DNA of 56,828 bases, the filler included, from Jimgerdemannia flammicorona (lineage: Eukaryota), in the NCBI GenBank assembly GCA_003990765.1. It is 3 parts of 3 records of this genome, joined end to end, with 100 filler letters (N's around TTAATTAATTAA, not from the genome) between each part and the next. Parts side by side here need not be neighbours in the genome. Positions count along the whole stretch, not along the records: positions 37,958 to 56,828 come from RBNJ01002085.1; 2 more parts are not named here. One strand, written 5' to 3'. Positions 52,187 through 56,828 of this stretch are shown here, piece by piece; the first letter of the stretch is position 1; each line of letters starts with the position of its first letter. Position numbers and translations under genes: made by a program. Under the pieces are notes generated by a model. That model ran no database searches, was not told the origin of the DNA, and worked only from the letters and a program-made list of their open reading frames with translations.

Positions 52187-52569
52187 CAGTACTCCCAAAT
52201 AAATCAAATCAATTCAAATTAAATCAAATTGAAGATCATTTAAATTAAATCAAATTGGGGATTTTTTTAATTTAAATCAAGTTTGAATTGAATTGAATTT
52301 GAATTAAATTAAGGGTCTGATTCAAATACTATTTTTTTAAATATAATACCTTGACAAATATATATCTAAATTCAATAATCTTTAGCTTATCATATTCTCC
52401 TATATAAGAGGAATCTAACAAGCTAAAGATTATTAAATTTGGATATATATTTATCAAGTTATTATATTTTGAAAAATAGAGTTCAAATCAGACCTCAAAT
52501 TAAATTAGTCTTCAATTTAATTTGAATTAAATCAAATTAGGCCTTTGATTCAATTCATTAAAAGTACTA
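52187..52569. mobile_element. hAT-type MITE (same family as 28901-29280)
   Basis: TIR cagtactcccaaa / ttaaaagtacta, perfect 8-bp TSD agtaagat, colinear with 28901-29280. Confidence 0.9.
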
Positions 52570-53499
52570 AGTAAGATAAGATAGTGCTTTTTTGATCAGT
52601 CAGATGATCACCATTTCTTGTCCTTTCTTAGTCTTGTTATACTGAATTTGTTTATTATATTATAATTTTTTACTAAATAGATGATTTTTCCACAATAATA
52701 TCCTTGGAGATAGCATTGGTGGCACATTTATATAATTTAGAGTATATTCTGATTGAGTTTATTAATTCTGAGTTTTGTCCAGAAACTGTATCTTGAGCTT
52801 ATTTAAGGGTAGCATCAATTTATTGAAGTGTTTTATTAACTTTATTAGTCTGTTTGACTTTCTTTAGAAGTTACCATCACTTTTGGTACTTGGTATTTTG
52901 TTTGGTACTAATAGCAGTTTTTCATTTTATCAAGATTCATTCTTTATTATTAGAGGACTCTTCATTACTAGCTAGAGGTGGTGATGGTATTGTTCCTGTT
53001 TTGTTTATACAAAATAATCCTTCATTGGCTGTAATTCATATTTCTTTTCATCTTGCCTATATAGTAATAAACACTTAGATTTTATTGATAGAATTAAGAA
53101 CATTATTTGAAAAATTAGAAGAGTCACAGATCCATCCTGATAATAAATACTATTTGTTTATCATTTTTCTTATCTGAGTAGTCATGCTTATCAGTCCCAA
53201 GCTAAGTCTCAAATTTCTGTATATTTCATAAACTAAATTGCTAAGAATATACAGAAAGTATAATATACAAATTATAATTTCATAATACAAATTTGAATAA
53301 CTATAGATATGAACTAGTAGATGCTAACAGATTTATTTTCTTGAAGATATAGCTATATGAACTAAATAACAAGTATATATATAAAATATATAGTAATATG
53401 AACTAAATAGCTATGAACTTGAACTATATTAAATAATACAAATCTGAACAGCTGCAAATACAAACTAATAAATACAAACTGAAGTTTTTTTTCCTAATG

Positions 53500-54290
53500 T
53501 ACCCTTGACTTTGACTGGTAACTAATATATTATTATCATTATAGACCTTTTTATAAAATGGATAGAGATAGGACCTCTCAAAGAAGTCAATATATAGTTA
53601 ATTACTGATTTCTTCTATAAAGAAATCATCTGCCAATTTAAGACCTTATTGCAAGTAACTGTAGATAAAGAAATAGAATTTGTAAACTAGTTCTTTGAGG
53701 TTCTCTATAAGAAGTATAAGATTTAATACATTCAGACTATAGCCTATCATTTTCAGAAAAATAGATAAGTAGAAAGAATAAATAAAACTCTCAAGAATAT
53801 TATTGCCAAGATCTGCAATAACTATAAAAACTGAGATTACCATCTGCTAATAGCATTATCTGCTCTTTGGGATATCTAATTATAAAGCACTTATTTCACC
53901 TCTTGAGAGATGCTATTTAGAGAAGAAAGTTCTCAAGAAATCTTATCATCTAATAGAGATACTATATATATAGAAATATGTGGATACAGAGATATGGAGA
54001 CTATACCAAATTAGGAAGAAGGTCAAGAATTATATAACTAAGATATAGGCACTATAACAGAACAATATGGAAAAGATTTACAAGCCTCTGGAGATTATTA
54101 AGATAGAAGATAAAGTTCTAGTATATTGAAATATAGTAGAAGCTTCATAGTTACAAAAGCTAGAGTTTAAGTAGAAAGAATCTTATTTGGTACAAGATGT
54201 AAAAGAAATCACCTTTTGACTATAAAAACTCTTAGACATAATCATCTCTACTATTATTTACTAAAACCAACTCAAGAAGTATTATGGCTA
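53500..54290 (+). pseudogene. Gypsy integrase core and GPY/F remnant
   Basis: YIIIIIDLFIKWIE, VTVDKEIEFVN, TIAYHFQKNR*VERINKTLK, KIEDKVLV. Confidence 0.85.
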
Positions 54291-54300
54291 ATTAATGAAG

Positions 54301-55245
54301 TATTACAACAGCTCTCAAGATTATCAGTACTATACAATAAGCCATAGAAAGACAATAGTATAGTACAGAACTATCAATTATAGAAGAATTCTTTGATAGT
54401 ATCCAGAATATAGTCCAGATATACTTGTTATGAATCTTATATTTCAAGGCCTACTAGAACTAGACTGAGTTTCAAGAATACTTCAAGTTGGAACAACTAC
54501 TAAACTCATGACCAGAGATAGAAAAAGAAGACTGGATCAGAGAATGCCAGCTCTCTCATACTCAGATCACAATTGCTAAATAAGTTAATAAGTTGTTTAA
54601 AGATAATGAGTCAGCTCTAGTCTATCTCTAAGAAGTAGTCTCAGAAGACTTTGGATATATTAAGATACATATATCATTGAAAGAACATAATAATATAGAT
54701 AGTACAGTATAAAGAGATACAAATTATGGAAGCTTGAGAGTTCAAATAAATAGAATGTTTCAGAGATAAATTATCTATTCAGAAGAAAGTTATAATGATT
54801 GATCTAAATTAGTAATATGAATTAAGAAAATAGATATTTAATTGTAGTACTTGAATCTGATTCCCAAATATAGTATAGTCTTACAAATAGCAGTTATATT
54901 TAACAAATATAGAAACTTTAACAGATATTAAAGTATTTGTAAATATTAAAGATTTAGCAGATATCAAATACTTGTGAAAAGTAACTTACAGAAAACATAA
55001 TCATAACTTAGCCACCTTATAGCTAGCAAACTTATATAAACATCTTCAGTATTTAGAGTAAATAAACCTCAGATTGAAATAGTTTAAAGTAAAGAAAAAT
55101 TAAGAGAACTAGTAAGCCTGTAGGCAGATATACTTCAAACTCACCCACTCCTACATTCTGAGGATTCTGCAAAGTCAAAGAAGATTAAATTTTCAAGATA
55201 AAGAAATTCAACATACCTACACAGTTACATATCTACTATATTATA
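54301..55245 (+). repeat. 3' LTR (~0.95 kb) including a decayed U3 ORF
   Basis: The last ~270 bp match the 5' LTR remnant. The 5' boundary is inferred from TATTACA (decayed TGTTACA) at 54301. Reads FQEYFKLEQLL...TIAK*VNKLFKDNESALVYL*EVVSEDF. Confidence 0.65.
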
Positions 55246-56430
55246 TTATTAAAAATTTATATAAGTTTATTTCTAATTATAATAATATATAAATAATTTA
55301 TTATAAAATATCAATATATTTTATATATTTTATAATTTTATACTCTTATCAAAAAGGAAAAAATTTATTATTATTACTTTATTATATTGAGAGTTAGAAA
55401 GTAGTTAATATATTTTAGATATTAATAATAAATATCTCATTAAAATATAATAAAATAAAATAAAAATAAAATAAAATAAAGAAATATAATCAATATATAT
55501 TTTTATTATGAAGTATTAAATACTATATACTACTCTCCATAAAAAAAATAAAAAAATACCCCCCAGCTCTCCAATGTAACTATACAAAATCAACATTTTT
55601 AATAATATGAGTACTCCTTACCTGGGTCTCTTCTTACACCTGAAATATTTATATAGATAATATCTGCCATCTCTCTTCACTACTGCTTCTTCCTCTTTTC
55701 TCACAACCACTGTTCACTTGCCCCTAGATCATTACAAAAAGATCTGCTATAGTGACCTAGATCAGACCTAGAGTAGAAATGCTAAGAAGGTTGACTTTTA
55801 TAAGGAGCATCAATTCAGAAAAGAGGGTGGGGAGAGCAGAGATGGGAACAGAGATGGGAATATAAGGAGATGAGCATTATGTGATCTCTTAAGGGTATAG
55901 CAGATTGGGGGGAGGATATACTATCATTGTTATTACTCAATAGTTTATTAGGGTAATGAGCTATATTGGCTAAAATGAGTATGCTACAATGAAGTATTGA
56001 ACCCTATTACTGATTCTGAAATGAAATCATGAACTATCATCTGTAATAGCTCCAGTCAGATATATAAACTGATTTTATAAAGTATAGTCATATAAAGTTC
56101 ATTCTTTGAAATGATTTATTTTCAGAAATAAATTGAATTAAATTGAAAATTATAATATTTTTAATGACTATCATTGACAAGAAATATCTTGACAAATATG
56201 AGTATGTTTTAATACTAATCTGAGAATACAAAACTCTTTCTCAAAAGTGATTGTAAGTGAGGTTTAAATTGACCTGCTCAATCTGGCTGTTGAGAAGGGC
56301 TCAGACAGGGTATATATATTCATACACTTCTTTATATGGCTTTGGTTTTGATTACCTATCTCCCAACTCATCAATTGATATCTTATCATTCTTCATACTT
56401 CAGACATCCTCCTGCTGCTGGAACTCCACC

Positions 56431-56828
56431 ATGAGCCTGAATAGTACTCTCAACATACTGTACTCACCAGAAGTAAACTTAGACCTGGACATGATTATGC
56501 TGGCAGAGAGGGCAAGGAGGGGCGAGTTTGCAAGCATGAGGTGGGAGAAAGTAATGCAAGCTCAAGGTATGTATATTTGTATTATACCCTTTACATGTCA
56601 CCTCTCCCTACTTCTCCTCACCAATCACATCTGCATATATATAGGCCAAGTACATTGCCTTGCCAATCCACACCCACTGCAATGAGATTCTGACCATACT
56701 ATAAGTGACCAGGTCATTATTGTGTCAGGAGAGACTGGATGATACATAATAAAGTGACTCAGTTCTAATTTTGTTTATATTGGCAAACTTTTCAGGGGGG
56801 CTCATATTCTCACACCACCCTCCTTTTT
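56431..56828 (+). pseudogene. Possible decayed spliced gene or TE gene fragment
   Basis: ATG at 56431, GTATGT donor at 56567, AG acceptor at 56644, then in-frame TGA stops. CpG-poor. Confidence 0.3.

Larger units (their letters stand above)
43572..53499 (+). mobile_element. Plavaka/CACTA-like DNA transposon (~9.9 kb including nested inserts) in the Gypsy integrase
   Basis: Ends tattatgaaaaaaa / tttttttcctaatg (decayed CATTAGGAAAA TIR) with TA duplicated (43570-71, 53500-01). The integrase rejoins as IDSL|PLTLTGN. Subterminal repeats at both ends. Confidence 0.8.
39608..55245 (+). mobile_element. Degraded Ty3/Gypsy retrotransposon (gag-PR-dUTPase-RT-RH-IN) with nested insertions
   Basis: Direct repeat 39612-39884 / ~54973-55245, PBS remnant at 39888, gag PPVFYG (~40010), protease AIIDTKA (~40600), RT SPWASPVV, YIDYRKLN and VYVDDIII, RNase H FILQTDVS, split integrase. 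Confidence 0.92.

Overview
Eukaryotic, most likely fungal, scaffold; CpG-rich spliced genes, TTAGGG telomeres and Plavaka-type transposons suggest an early-diverging or basidiomycete-like fungus, which is inference only. It has two 100-bp assembly gaps. A short gene island (~7.9-18.9 kb) holds a secreted five-repeat protein of the polyglycine-hydrolase structural repeat (BTRD1) type, a six-exon 7TM GPCR-like gene and a broken hypothetical gene. The rest is nested, CpG-depleted transposon DNA. Main observation 1: after the first gap a (CCCTAA)n tract caps a head-to-tail array of five APE-RT non-LTR retrotransposon copies from two families. Every copy ends, without poly(A), in the same 15-nt telomeric tail CCTAACCCTAACCCT, and decay increases away from the telomeric tract. 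Main observation 2: a Ty3/Gypsy lineage has unusually long LTRs whose U3 carries a homologous protein-coding ORF (four copies here), and its pol carries a dUTPase. Also present are a Plavaka/CACTA-like transposon splitting a Gypsy integrase, two hAT MITEs with 8-bp TSDs and a TA-flanked MITE. All calls were made by eye; no database searches were run.
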